From NCBI GenBank assembly GCA_041753275.1, contig JBGSUW010000078.1:36074-100073 (forward strand): a DNA stretch of 64,000 nucleotides, read 5' to 3'. A program made the translations under genes and the position numbers. Shown one piece after another: positions 48,674 to 57,876 of this stretch. Within the stretch, counting starts at the first letter, position 1. Each line of letters opens with the position of its first letter. The notes under the pieces were generated by a model. The model had not been told where the DNA came from and did not search any database. It worked only from the letters and a program-made list of their open reading frames with translations. The stretch comes from Akkermansiaceae bacterium. Its GTDB lineage: Bacteria; Verrucomicrobiota; Verrucomicrobiia; Verrucomicrobiales; Akkermansiaceae.

Positions 48674-49726
48674 TTAGGCTTTTTCAGATTTTTCTTTGTC
48701 ATCGAAGCCGTAGCGGGCTTCAAGATCTTCCGGCACATCGGCAACTTGCTCGACGATGGTTTCGATCTTCGGCTCGGCCTCGGCGGTGACGGTTTCTTCT
48801 TCGGTGACAACTGGGGCTGATTCTACAGCAACTGCTGTTGGTTCTGCGCTGACAGGCTGATTTTCCGAAATCACCGGCTCCACGACGGCAGGCACCGGGC
48901 GATTTGCAGATGCCACCACGATCGGCCGCGGCTCGCGTTCTGGGCGCTCTTCAGCTTCCTCGCGCTCGTCATTACCCTTGGCCTTCGCTCCGGAGACGGT
49001 CAATTTCCGCCCCATGAAGAATTGGTCGTTGAGGACTTCTACCGAACGCATGGCATCGTCCATATTGAGCATTTCCAAGAACCCGTAGCCTTTGGAGCGG
49101 TGGGTGCTGCGATTGTAAACAATCTCCACATTGCGGACTCCGCCCACGCCTTTGAAGAGTTCCTTGAGATCTTCTTCGGTCACATCGTAGGAGAGATTCC
49201 CAACGTAAACGCGGGGTGACTCCACGCTGTCGCGGTTGCCACCACGAGTGCGTTCGCGAGGTTGCCGCTCACCACGTTCCGGGCGTTCTCCACGCTCTGG
49301 GCGCGGCTGACGTTCGGGGCGGGCTTGCCTTTCCTTAACAGCGCCATCGTTGGACCGAGCAACGCGGGTATTGGACTTGGGCGCGCGGGCTTCGGAACTC
49401 GCTTGGGCTGGCTGAGGCGTCCGTTCAGGGCGGGCTGGCTCCTTGTAGAGGCCGATCGCTTTGAGGATTTTCTGCCAGAAGCTCAACTTCGGAGCCGAAT
49501 AGACACGGGCGGGACGCGGAGCTTGAGGGCGGAATTCCTCACTGCGATTGCCACCGCCTTGACGGCGGTTCTGCGAGTGGCCACCCCGATCTCCACCTGA
49601 GCGGCGCTCGCCACCTTGGTGATTCTCGGAGTTGTTATTGCTATGATTGTTACGGTTTTTGCCTCCGCGCGAGCGGCGGCGTTTATTATCTCCCGGATTG
49701 CGGGAATCTTGTGTTACGTTTGACAT
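48674..49726 (-). CDS. RRM-domain RNA-binding protein with long disordered arms
   Basis: RNP2 VYVGNLSY, RNP1 KGYGFLEM; Arg/Gly/Asn-rich N-terminus, RPER repeats, acidic C-terminus. Confidence 0.9.
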   Translation of the reverse strand: MSNVTQDSRNPGDNKRRRSRGGKNRNNHSNNNSENHQGGERRSGGDRGGHSQNRRQGGGNRSEEFRPQAPRPARVYSAPKLSFWQKILKAIGLYKEPARPERTPQPAQASSEARAPKSNTRVARSNDGAVKERQARPERQPRPERGERPERGERQPRERTRGGNRDSVESPRVYVGNLSYDVTEEDLKELFKGVGGVRNVEIVYNRSTHRSKGYGFLEMLNMDDAMRSVEVLNDQFFMGRKLTVSGAKAKGNDEREEAEERPEREPRPIVVASANRPVPAVVEPVISENQPVSAEPTAVAVESAPVVTEEETVTAEAEPKIETIVEQVADVPEDLEARYGFDDKEKSEKA

Positions 49727-50070
49727 TTTGTCAGTGGGGTCATGGTTTCAGGCGGCCCGGCGCGGCGGATTCAGATGAATCCGGCAATGCTGGATGGACC
49801 TCGTGCTGACCGATAGCGCCACGACATCCCGACTTATTGGTGCCGGGGTGAAGCTCCGCAGCGCCTGCGAAAGGGGCCTTCACCAGTAGTCGTAACGCAC
49901 CGACTTGCGCCGCCGCCCGTGAGACAAGAAATCCCGGGTTTCCAGCCTGCGGGCCGATCTCGACGCTCTCAGAACAGCGTCAAATCAATCAGCAATCGGC
50001 CAAATGCGGGCAATGGAGGTAGGAATTACCTGCTCGGCGGAAAAACTACGGATATTTAAAGGTTTGGCAA
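49727..50070 (-). promoter_or_regulatory. Promoter and ~310-nt structured 5' leader of the RRM gene
   Basis: TTGCCA(50070-50065)-16-TAGTTT(50048-50043); several perfect helices within the leader. Confidence 0.55.
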
Positions 50071-50165
50071 GACGTGATCTGATCCAAGTGGATTTTTTGG
50101 AGCAATCGAGCTGGGTTCGCTCTTTAAAGCACCACCAAGTTCCGCTAAAATCGAAACTGATATTT

Positions 50166-51566
50166 CTATTTTTTACTCCAGCCGCCGCCTAGAGCTTTGG
50201 CAAGGGCAGCGAGACTGATGCGCTGTTGGGCTTCTTGCTGGCGGAGTGCAAGGCGGGTTTGGAGGACTGTGCGATCCGCATCCACGACTTCTAAATAGCT
50301 GCTGAGGCCTTTGTCATAGCGTTCTTGGGAGATGTTCTTGGTATCGTCCGCGCTGGTGAGGGCGCGCTCGAGGGCGGCGCGGGATTTGGCGAGCCCCTTG
50401 AGATCGACTAACGCATCTTCCACTTCCTGAAGGGCGACGAGGAGGGTCTGGCGGTAGCGGGCGAGCGCTTCGTCATAACGGCTGCGGGCGGCTTGGTAGT
50501 TGGCGCGATTTGTCCCCCCATCGAGGATTGGCGCGGCGAGGTTGGCACCGAGCGAGAGGATGCGGTTTTCCCAACTTAGGAAATCCTTGGCATCGAGGGA
50601 TTCAAGACCGGCGGAGGTGATGAGGTTAAAATTCGGGTAAAATGCAGCTTCTGCCACGCCGATGCGGGCATTGGCAGCGCGAAGTTCTTGCTCGGCGGCC
50701 CGGACATCCGGGCGACGACCCAACACTTGCGCAGGTAGTCCGGCGCGAATGGTTGGCAGGGTTTTATTGAAGGATCTTTTAGAAACAGAGAACGCGGATG
50801 GGCGGGTGCCGCAAAGGACCGCAAGAGCATGCTCTGCGGAGCCGCGCTGGCGTTGGACGGCGGCGAGATCGCTAGTGGCGAGCTCCATCTCAGTGCGGGC
50901 GCGGGTAGTGGCTAGGCCATCGGTGAGCCCGGCATCGGCGCGGGATTTCTGGATGGAGAGCGCGTCATTGCGGCTGGTTAAAGTATCGTTGAGCACCATT
51001 TCCTGAGCATCGAGGCCTCGCAGGGTGAAATATTGCCGGGCCACCTCGGTAGCGATGCCGAGGCGCTGTGAGTCCAGCAGGGCTTCGCTGGCGGCGGCTT
51101 GGGCAGATGAGGCTTCGATGAGGCGCTTGTTGCGACCCCACAGGTCTGGATCGTAGGCAAGATCGAAGGAGCCCCGGTAGCGCTGATTTTCCTGCTGGAT
51201 GGCAATCCCGGCTGGAAGATTGCCGCCGTTAGCGCCAAGTGAGCTACGCGAAATTCCGGCTGAGCCTGCAAGATCGAGCGTGGGAAAGAGCCGGGCGCGA
51301 TCCACGCCGACGAGGGCGCGGGCGGTATCAACACGGGCTTTGGCAGCTGCGAGATCGTTGTTTGAGGCGAAGGCGCGATTGACGAGGGTATTGAGTTCTG
51401 AATCGTTGAAAAGTCGCCACCATTGATCGGGCAGCGAGGCCGCGGAAGTAGCTTTGCCTTCTTTCCAACCGGAGCCACCGGTAGCGCCAGGAACTTGGAA
51501 ATCCGGGCCGAGCTTGCACGAAGCGAGCAGCATGACGGTGGCTAGGAGATGAAGCTGGAATTTCAT
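50166..51566 (-). CDS. Efflux outer membrane factor lipoprotein (NodT/OprM family)
   Basis: LLASCKLGPDF, WWRLFND..L, DLWGR, RRPDVRAAE, ALGGGW; start moved to ATG 51566. Confidence 0.92.
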   Translation of the reverse strand: MKFQLHLLATVMLLASCKLGPDFQVPGATGGSGWKEGKATSAASLPDQWWRLFNDSELNTLVNRAFASNNDLAAAKARVDTARALVGVDRARLFPTLDLAGSAGISRSSLGANGGNLPAGIAIQQENQRYRGSFDLAYDPDLWGRNKRLIEASSAQAAASEALLDSQRLGIATEVARQYFTLRGLDAQEMVLNDTLTSRNDALSIQKSRADAGLTDGLATTRARTEMELATSDLAAVQRQRGSAEHALAVLCGTRPSAFSVSKRSFNKTLPTIRAGLPAQVLGRRPDVRAAEQELRAANARIGVAEAAFYPNFNLITSAGLESLDAKDFLSWENRILSLGANLAAPILDGGTNRANYQAARSRYDEALARYRQTLLVALQEVEDALVDLKGLAKSRAALERALTSADDTKNISQERYDKGLSSYLEVVDADRTVLQTRLALRQQEAQQRISLAALAKALGGGWSKK

Positions 51567-51606
51567 GACAGAATCAAAAAGCGGTGCATCAGGTGGAATT
51601 TTTAAC

Positions 51607-52569
51607 TTAGTTCGAAGTTTGAGGAGCCTCGATGAAGACGTCAACCTGCTGGCCAACATAGAGCGGTGGATTTTCCGGACGTTTCAAGGAGTAAATGACT
51701 TGCAGGACGCGGGTGTCCACGCGCTCGGTGGTGGCTCCTGTGAGAGAAACTTTAGGGATCACGTAAGGTTCCACGCGGATGAATTCGAGTGGAAACGTGA
51801 CCCGCGGATCGCCCTTGAGGTAGGCGATGGCCTTTTGACCGTCGCGGATGCGGGTGGCGTTCTGCTCATCAATGTCGGCGCGGACTTGAAGTGTATTGGT
51901 CTGGCCGATGATCATGGCGGGGACCCGTGGTGCGGTGGCTGCAAATTCGCCCGCGCGGATGTTGAGCTGGATGATGTCACCATCACGAGGGGCGCGCACG
52001 GTGAGGCGGTCGATCAGAAGTGAAAGTCGCTGGAGCGATAATTCGGAGGACGCGAGTTGGGCCTTGGCGGCGGTGACCTGCGCTTGAGCAACAGCGACGT
52101 CTTGCGTGCGATTTTCCAAATCATCTTCCGAAACCGCGCGGCGATCAGTGACAGCGCTCAATCGTCCGAGCTGGGATTCGATTTTAGCCAGCTGGGCTTG
52201 GCTGACAGCCAGCTGGGCTTGAGCAATCTCCTGTTGAGCTTGGATGGTGAGTTTTTCTGCGAGAAGGTCCCGATCGTCTAGTTTAAACAAAGGCGCACCT
52301 GTCTTCACCACGTCGTTTACTTTCACAAAAACCTCGGTGACGAGGCCGGCTACTGGCACTCCGATGGCGACATTTTCACTGAGCGCCTCGAGGATGCCGG
52401 TGGCCGCAACGGCATCTGCAAAAGGCTTATGAGGCGGCGGCACTGGCGGCTCACCCGGCGGCGGCATGGCGCGCTCGGCCTGGACATTGGAAACATTGAC
52501 GATGGCGACCACGCCCAGAATCGCAGCGAGGATGGAGCCATAACGGAGGACTATTGAAAAAATATTCAT
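51607..52569 (-). CDS. Efflux periplasmic adaptor (HlyD/DevB-like)
   Basis: VAGLVTEVFVKVNDVVKTGAPLFKLD, VRAPRDG, TERVDTRVLQV. Confidence 0.88.
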   Translation of the reverse strand: MNIFSIVLRYGSILAAILGVVAIVNVSNVQAERAMPPPGEPPVPPPHKPFADAVAATGILEALSENVAIGVPVAGLVTEVFVKVNDVVKTGAPLFKLDDRDLLAEKLTIQAQQEIAQAQLAVSQAQLAKIESQLGRLSAVTDRRAVSEDDLENRTQDVAVAQAQVTAAKAQLASSELSLQRLSLLIDRLTVRAPRDGDIIQLNIRAGEFAATAPRVPAMIIGQTNTLQVRADIDEQNATRIRDGQKAIAYLKGDPRVTFPLEFIRVEPYVIPKVSLTGATTERVDTRVLQVIYSLKRPENPPLYVGQQVDVFIEAPQTSN

Positions 52570-52581
52570 AGGGAAAAACGA

Positions 52582-53331
52582 TCAGATCGCATGCTCATGC
52601 TGGAACTGCGCCTTGGTTCCGGGCGCTTGCTCGTTGACTTGGAGAATCTCGCCATCGTCCATCTGGGCGATGCGATCTGCGTAAGTATAAATGCGATTAT
52701 CATGAGTGACAATGATCACTGCCCGATTCTCAGAGCGGGCGACTTGCCGGAAGAGATCCATCACAACTTCGCCATTTTGTGCATCGAGCGCGGCGGTAGG
52801 TTCATCACAGATGACGAGCGGCGGTTCATGCACCAGCGCCCGGGCGATGGCGACGCGTTGCTGCTGGCCACCGGATAATTTATTCGGCCTATCCTTCCAA
52901 CGCGGACCGAGACCCACCTTCTCTAAAATTTCCCTAGAGCGAGCCAGAGCCTTGCTGCTTGAGAGACCTTGAATGAGAAGTGGCACGCCGACGTTTTCCG
53001 CGATTGAGATGGTAGGTATCAGGTTAAACTGTTGGAAAATAAAGCCTATGTGCTTCGCCCGGAATCGAGTGAGCGCACCACCTGACATTTTTCCCAACGG
53101 ATTCCCGAAAACTTCGATTTCGCCGCTTTCCACCCGCATCGTGCCGGCGATGGCGCTGAGCAATGTGGTTTTACCACAGCCAGACGGACCCACTAGCATG
53201 AGGATCTCGCCAGTGTAGGCTTGTAGGCTCACTTGCTTGAGAACGTGGATTTTATCCTGCCCATCGCCGAAACTTTTTTCAACGCGGCGGACATCGACGA
53301 CGATGTGAGAAGATGGAGATGGATCAGGCAC
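52582..53331 (-). CDS. ABC exporter ATPase (DevA/LolD-like)
   Basis: GPSGCGKT, LSGGQQQRVAIARAL, CDEPT, VTHD. Confidence 0.93.
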   Translation of the reverse strand: MPDPSPSSHIVVDVRRVEKSFGDGQDKIHVLKQVSLQAYTGEILMLVGPSGCGKTTLLSAIAGTMRVESGEIEVFGNPLGKMSGGALTRFRAKHIGFIFQQFNLIPTISIAENVGVPLLIQGLSSSKALARSREILEKVGLGPRWKDRPNKLSGGQQQRVAIARALVHEPPLVICDEPTAALDAQNGEVVMDLFRQVARSENRAVIIVTHDNRIYTYADRIAQMDDGEILQVNEQAPGTKAQFQHEHAI

Positions 53332-54484
53332 GGAAGACCATTGCGGGTTCGTAAAGACTGAGGCGGATGATACCCATCAGCGCGGCAAGAAGGCAGATCA
53401 CTTGGATGGCGCAAAATGCACCTACCGGGACTTGCCATGGCATCACGAAGGGTGGTTGGCCACTTTCCAAAGCAGCCAGCGCAAAGCCGGAAGTGGCGAG
53501 CAGGCCCAGCCCGAAGCCGATCAGACCTACGGTAAATGACTGCACCATGAGCATCATACTCAGCCGGAAATTCGACATTCCCATGGCCTTGAGCGCACCG
53601 AGGTGTTTGAGATTATCCAACACGAATGCATAGAACGTCTGGCAGGCGATCGCCATGCCGACGATGAAGCCGATGACCACCGTGGTGCCGAATGATATGG
53701 GGATGCCGGTGTTCTTCACATACCACCAGATTGTGGAAGTATTGAAATCCTGCTTATTTTCGCCAAAGCCTACATTTACATAAGCTCGAAGTCCGGTTTG
53801 CTTCTCGATGGACACTGCCGCCTCACCCGCCGTCATGCCAGCGATGGGTGCCGCTATCACTGCGGACAGCATCTTACGTGAGGGCGGAGCGTATTGAAGA
53901 GCACGCTGATAGGTGGTCCAAATATACGGACCGCCAGTGAAGGAGCGCATTGCCTTACAAATTCCCACCACCCGCGCCTCCATGTCGTTGATTTCGAAAA
54001 CTCCGCCCAAGCCGATGGGATTCTTCGGGTCGATCGAGAGTCTTTGCACGGCTAGTTCGTCGATGATCACCGTATTTGGGAGCCGCAAATCCTCCAAATT
54101 CCCTTCCACCATTCGGGCCGGTGCTCCTGCGAGCGATGCGGCATCGATGCCGATCAATTGCACGGTTTTAAAAGCGCCATTCTCCAACCGCACCCGCTGA
54201 ATACCTGAATACAACGGCATTGCCCAACGCACTGCGGACACCGAGCGCACTCGGGCAACGTCCGTATCCCGCATCGGATTGGTCTCGTTTACCTGCTCCA
54301 CCCGCTCCTCCACCACGTAGATCGGGGCACCGACATTCTTCAAAGTGGCTGTCGTCCAAGTGATCAACCCACAAAAGACCGATGCCTGCTGGACAATCAG
54401 AAAAGTGGCAAAAAACAACCCCACCACCAGCATCAGATACTTTGCCGTATCGCCAAAGAGCATTTTAAGAGCAAGACCGAACAT
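53324..54484 (-). CDS. ABC exporter permease (DevC/FtsX-like)
   Basis: ALKMLFGD..KY, ALKAMG, EPAMVFR; 1+3 TM topology. Confidence 0.88.
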   Translation of the reverse strand: MFGLALKMLFGDTAKYLMLVVGLFFATFLIVQQASVFCGLITWTTATLKNVGAPIYVVEERVEQVNETNPMRDTDVARVRSVSAVRWAMPLYSGIQRVRLENGAFKTVQLIGIDAASLAGAPARMVEGNLEDLRLPNTVIIDELAVQRLSIDPKNPIGLGGVFEINDMEARVVGICKAMRSFTGGPYIWTTYQRALQYAPPSRKMLSAVIAAPIAGMTAGEAAVSIEKQTGLRAYVNVGFGENKQDFNTSTIWWYVKNTGIPISFGTTVVIGFIVGMAIACQTFYAFVLDNLKHLGALKAMGMSNFRLSMMLMVQSFTVGLIGFGLGLLATSGFALAALESGQPPFVMPWQVPVGAFCAIQVICLLAALMGIIRLSLYEPAMVFRA

Positions 54485-54765
54485 GAAATGGAGGAATATC
54501 CTGCGGCTCTCCCGCTACTTCCCGGATCATAGCTGGCATGGCTGAGGATGCAACCCGCTAAATTGCAATGGTCAAAAATTCTCAACGGGTGCCACTTTTG
54601 TCTCATCAGCACCTTGGAGAAACGCACTAAAGCGAAGAGATCAATCCACCCCACCCTGCCTGTGATTTTCACTGGTAATATACTTTTAAGTCTATGTCAT
54701 CATTTCAATTTCCAGCCGCTGATATGATTGTTTAATAGCGACCACCAGCTACCAAAATTCCCGAA

Positions 54766-54782
54766 GTAGGGTTTCACCCCAT
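54766..54782 (+). promoter_or_regulatory. Putative activator site, copy 1 (GTAGGG-N4-ACCCCAT)
   Basis: GTAGGGTTTCACCCCAT, 22 nt upstream of TACTCT; a second copy lies at 57061-57077. Confidence 0.55.
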
Positions 54783-54845
54783 ACCTTCAAACAGACTCAT
54801 AAATTACTCTACGAACTCAACTTCAAACCAATAGAAGCAATACTT

Positions 54846-55283
54846 ATGAATACTACAAAGACTTTAAATGATTTAATCCAAATTTGTAAAGATGGACAAG
54901 ACGGCTTCCGTGATGCGGGTGAAAATGTAAAGCATCCCGATCTCAAATCCTTATTCGCCAGCTACTCTCTGCAACGTTCAAAGTTTGCAGGCGAACTGCA
55001 ACAACTCGTCACACAACTGGGCGAAGAGCCTGAAAAGTCTAGCAGCATCGCTAGCGCCATCCATCGTGGCTGGATCGATTTGAAGGCCGCCTTCACCAAA
55101 GGCAGCGATCATGCCATTCTGGCCGAATGTGAGCGCGGTGAAGACCACGCTCTCGCAGCCTATCGCGATGCGCTGAAGGAAGAGCTGCCAGCAAACGTCC
55201 GGTCAGTTGTCACCGAGCAAAGTGTGGTTGTAAAAGCAACACACGATGATATTCGCAATCGCCGTGACGCTTGCGCAGAATAA
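54846..55283 (+). CDS. PA2169-family four-helix-bundle stress protein (DUF2383)
   Basis: LNDLIQICKDGQDGF, IHRGWIDLK, ILAECERGEDHALAAY. Confidence 0.9.
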   Translation: MNTTKTLNDLIQICKDGQDGFRDAGENVKHPDLKSLFASYSLQRSKFAGELQQLVTQLGEEPEKSSSIASAIHRGWIDLKAAFTKGSDHAILAECERGEDHALAAYRDALKEELPANVRSVVTEQSVVVKATHDDIRNRRDACAE

Positions 55284-55303
55284 ATCATCTACAGAATCAT
55301 CAC

Positions 55304-55341
55304 AGCGCCCGCATCGTTGAAAAACAATGCGGGCGTTTTTT
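55304..55341 (+). terminator. Intrinsic terminator
   Basis: GCGCCCGCAT...ATGCGGGCGT followed by a T run. Confidence 0.8.
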
Positions 55342-55493
55342 ATATCTTCCATATTGCTACTTTGCACTTGGCTTTAGTGGCAAAGCAATCACTTGTAACG
55401 CCGTAGCATTGCAAGTGATCTGAAATGCCGATTTCCAATTGTAGAGACTATGACACTCACCTACTTCAACTCGGGTAACGCTCGGACAATTTC

Positions 55494-56756
55494 ATGAATG
55501 ACTTCACCATCATCGCGATCACTATATTTGCCACTGCGGTGGCGATGATCATCGGTAATAATTTCATTTCCGGAGAAAAGAAGATGAAACAAAAGGTCGC
55601 GCGGCTTTATGACATCGAAGATCCGCTATTTGAACGCACGATGAGCCAACTACTTGGCCCGCCATTCGTAGATGGTAACGCGGTAACACCTTTAGAAAAC
55701 GGCGCGGAGATTTTCCCACCAATGCTGGCCGCCATCGCCAATGCGAAACGCAGCGTCACTTTTGAGACGTTTATTTTCAAATCAGGGCGTGTGGCAGATA
55801 CGTTTGCTGATGCTTTTGCTGCGTGTGCCGTTCGCGGAGTGAAAGTGCATGTACTGCTTGATGGTGTCGGCTGCAATTGTGTGAACGGCAGCGAGATCAA
55901 GCTCATGCGGGATGCTGGAATACAGGTGGAAATTTACCATCAATCGAAGTTTCTTCGGTTCAATCATCGCACCCATCGCAAGTTACTCGTGATCGATGGG
56001 ATTTTAGCTTTCACTGGTGGCGTCGGCATTGCTGACGAATGGGAAGGCAATGCGCAATCGCCGGATCATTGGCGCGATACCCATTACCGAGTTGAGGGCC
56101 CGGTGGTCGCACAGCTTCAAGCAGCATTTCTCGGGAACTGGATGAAAGTGAGTGGCGGAGTGCTGCTGGGGGAAGACTATTTTCCTCCTTTAGTTGAGGT
56201 CGGGGCGCTGCGTTGCCAAATGTTCAAAAGCTCGCCAATGGAAGGCAGTGAAAGCGCACGTTTGATGTATTTACTCTCCATCACTGGCGCCGGCCATAGT
56301 ATCAAAGTAGGGAACGCTTATTTTTTGCCAGATGATCTCATCTCGTCGGCGTTGATTGCAGCAGTGGATCGCGGTGTGACTGTAGAAATTTTACTTCCGG
56401 GGCCACATTTAGATTCCAAGCTTGTGCGTGCGGCGTCACGTCACCGCCGGGGACACCTGCTCAAGCACGGCGTGAAAATTTTTGTATATGAACCCACGAT
56501 GTATCATTGCAAGCTGATGATCATCGATGGGCTCTTAATCTCAGTAGGCTCTGCTAATTTTGACAACCGCTCGTTCCGCCTTAATGATGAGGCAAATTTA
56601 AACATCATCGATGCGGAATTTGTAGCGGCAGAAACACAAACTTTTGAAGCAGACAAAGCGAATGCCCGTGAATTAACCTACGATGATTGGCTAGCCAGGC
56701 CATTACGGCAAAAGATTACAGATGCCATCATCTCATTGCTGCGCTCACAGCTATGA
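55494..56756 (+). CDS. cls: Cardiolipin synthase (phospholipase D family)
   Basis: Two HKD motifs HRKLLVID and HCKLMIID; WRDTH; GSANFDNRS. Confidence 0.88.
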   Translation: MNDFTIIAITIFATAVAMIIGNNFISGEKKMKQKVARLYDIEDPLFERTMSQLLGPPFVDGNAVTPLENGAEIFPPMLAAIANAKRSVTFETFIFKSGRVADTFADAFAACAVRGVKVHVLLDGVGCNCVNGSEIKLMRDAGIQVEIYHQSKFLRFNHRTHRKLLVIDGILAFTGGVGIADEWEGNAQSPDHWRDTHYRVEGPVVAQLQAAFLGNWMKVSGGVLLGEDYFPPLVEVGALRCQMFKSSPMEGSESARLMYLLSITGAGHSIKVGNAYFLPDDLISSALIAAVDRGVTVEILLPGPHLDSKLVRAASRHRRGHLLKHGVKIFVYEPTMYHCKLMIIDGLLISVGSANFDNRSFRLNDEANLNIIDAEFVAAETQTFEADKANARELTYDDWLARPLRQKITDAIISLLRSQL

Positions 56757-56787
56757 ACATCGTAGGAAAATTCAGTGACATCTAAAT

Positions 56788-56979
56788 TCAGTTCACTGCA
56801 TCTTCGACAGCGTCTTTAACATTTTCTCCGGCATCACGGATGCCTTCATTAGGACGTGCATCAAGGCCGTCTTTTATTTTGTCTTCAATTTTCTCGCCAG
56901 TCGTTTTCTCTTGGCAAGCCGTAGAACTCACGATCACAAAAGTACATGCAAGAATCTGGAAGCAATGAGTCATAGTCAT
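56788..56979 (-). CDS. Small stress-type lipoprotein
   Basis: Hydrophobic signal ending STAC; KTTGEKIEDKIKDGLDARPNEGIRDAGENVKDAV. Confidence 0.75.
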   Translation of the reverse strand: MTMTHCFQILACTFVIVSSTACQEKTTGEKIEDKIKDGLDARPNEGIRDAGENVKDAVEDAVN

Positions 56980-57060
56980 ATTTTTATTTATTTGGGTTGT
57001 GGAGACGATCGTATTTTTAGTCTAGCAGTGTAGATTGTATTCCTTAAACCGATAGATCCA

Positions 57061-57077
57061 ATGGGGTAATTCCCTAC
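57061..57077 (-). promoter_or_regulatory. Putative activator site, copy 2
   Basis: Minus strand GTAGGGAATTACCCCAT, 21 nt upstream of TACAAT. Confidence 0.55.
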
Positions 57078-57197
57078 TGCCGATGGATTCTGTCTGGAGG
57101 CTCGTTTGAGAATGCAGAGTATGTCATTGAGACAGGTAGCTTCAAGGAATTTTTCGCAAAAGCCGGTAGAAATCAATCAATTGAATTTCTCTAAAAC

Positions 57198-57211
57198 TGT
57201 TCTCTTGAACA
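57198..57211. promoter_or_regulatory. LexA (SOS) box, Verrucomicrobia type
   Basis: Perfect TGTTC-TCTT-GAACA overlapping the -35 (TTGAAC) of the imuA promoter. Confidence 0.88.
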
Positions 57212-57238
57212 TTTTTCAGCGGAAGCTATCTTCCGGCC

Positions 57239-57874
57239 GTGACGATGAGTGCGGTGGCAATTTTAAGACAGCAATTACGGGAGAAATTCCCGCAGGCACA
57301 TGGCTTGCGGGCGGAGATCTCGGAAAATCCCGAAGGTAGCGTCGCCTTCACGCCGGAGGCATTTCCGCTAGGGGCGATATCAGAAGTGGTGGCAGCAGGG
57401 CCGGTTTCCGGGCTGGGGCTGTGGGTGGCGGGATTATTGGGGGAACCGGAACGGAGCAATCCGCACCCGGAATTCGTCTGGATTGATGGCGCGGATGGAT
57501 TCGATCCGGGTTCTTTTTCTGCATTGGCATGCTCACGGCTGCTATGGGTGCGCTGCCGGGCGGTGGCGGAGATGCTTAAGGCGGCAGACCTGCTCGCGCG
57601 GGATGGCAATGTGCCGTTTTTGCTCTTGGACAGCACCCGCCTACCGCGCAAAGACTTGCTAGCCTTCCCAGCCGCTGGCTGGTGGCGGCTGAAACAAACA
57701 GTGGAACATAACGGCGGGCGGCTGGTGGTGATGACAGCCTTTCCGCTGGTGCCTTGTGCCAAACAACGGTGGCTGCTCTCTGCGGATTTATCGTTGAAGG
57801 ATTTCGATAAAACCCGCGAGGAACTCAGAGAACAACTGAACATGGTACCGGAAAAATTCCATCGGGCGAATTGA
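57239..57874 (+). CDS. imuA: ImuA, RecA-like mutasome accessory protein
   Basis: GAISEV, VWIDGADGFDP, RLLWVRC, KAADLLARDGN; no Walker A lysine; first gene of the cassette. Confidence 0.85.
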   Translation: MTMSAVAILRQQLREKFPQAHGLRAEISENPEGSVAFTPEAFPLGAISEVVAAGPVSGLGLWVAGLLGEPERSNPHPEFVWIDGADGFDPGSFSALACSRLLWVRCRAVAEMLKAADLLARDGNVPFLLLDSTRLPRKDLLAFPAAGWWRLKQTVEHNGGRLVVMTAFPLVPCAKQRWLLSADLSLKDFDKTREELREQLNMVPEKFHRAN

Positions 57875-57876
57875 AT

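Noticed and set aside
49260-49330. Short tandem-like repeats in the RRM gene
   Set aside because: They encode RPER/GER low-complexity peptide repeats and are not an independent DNA element
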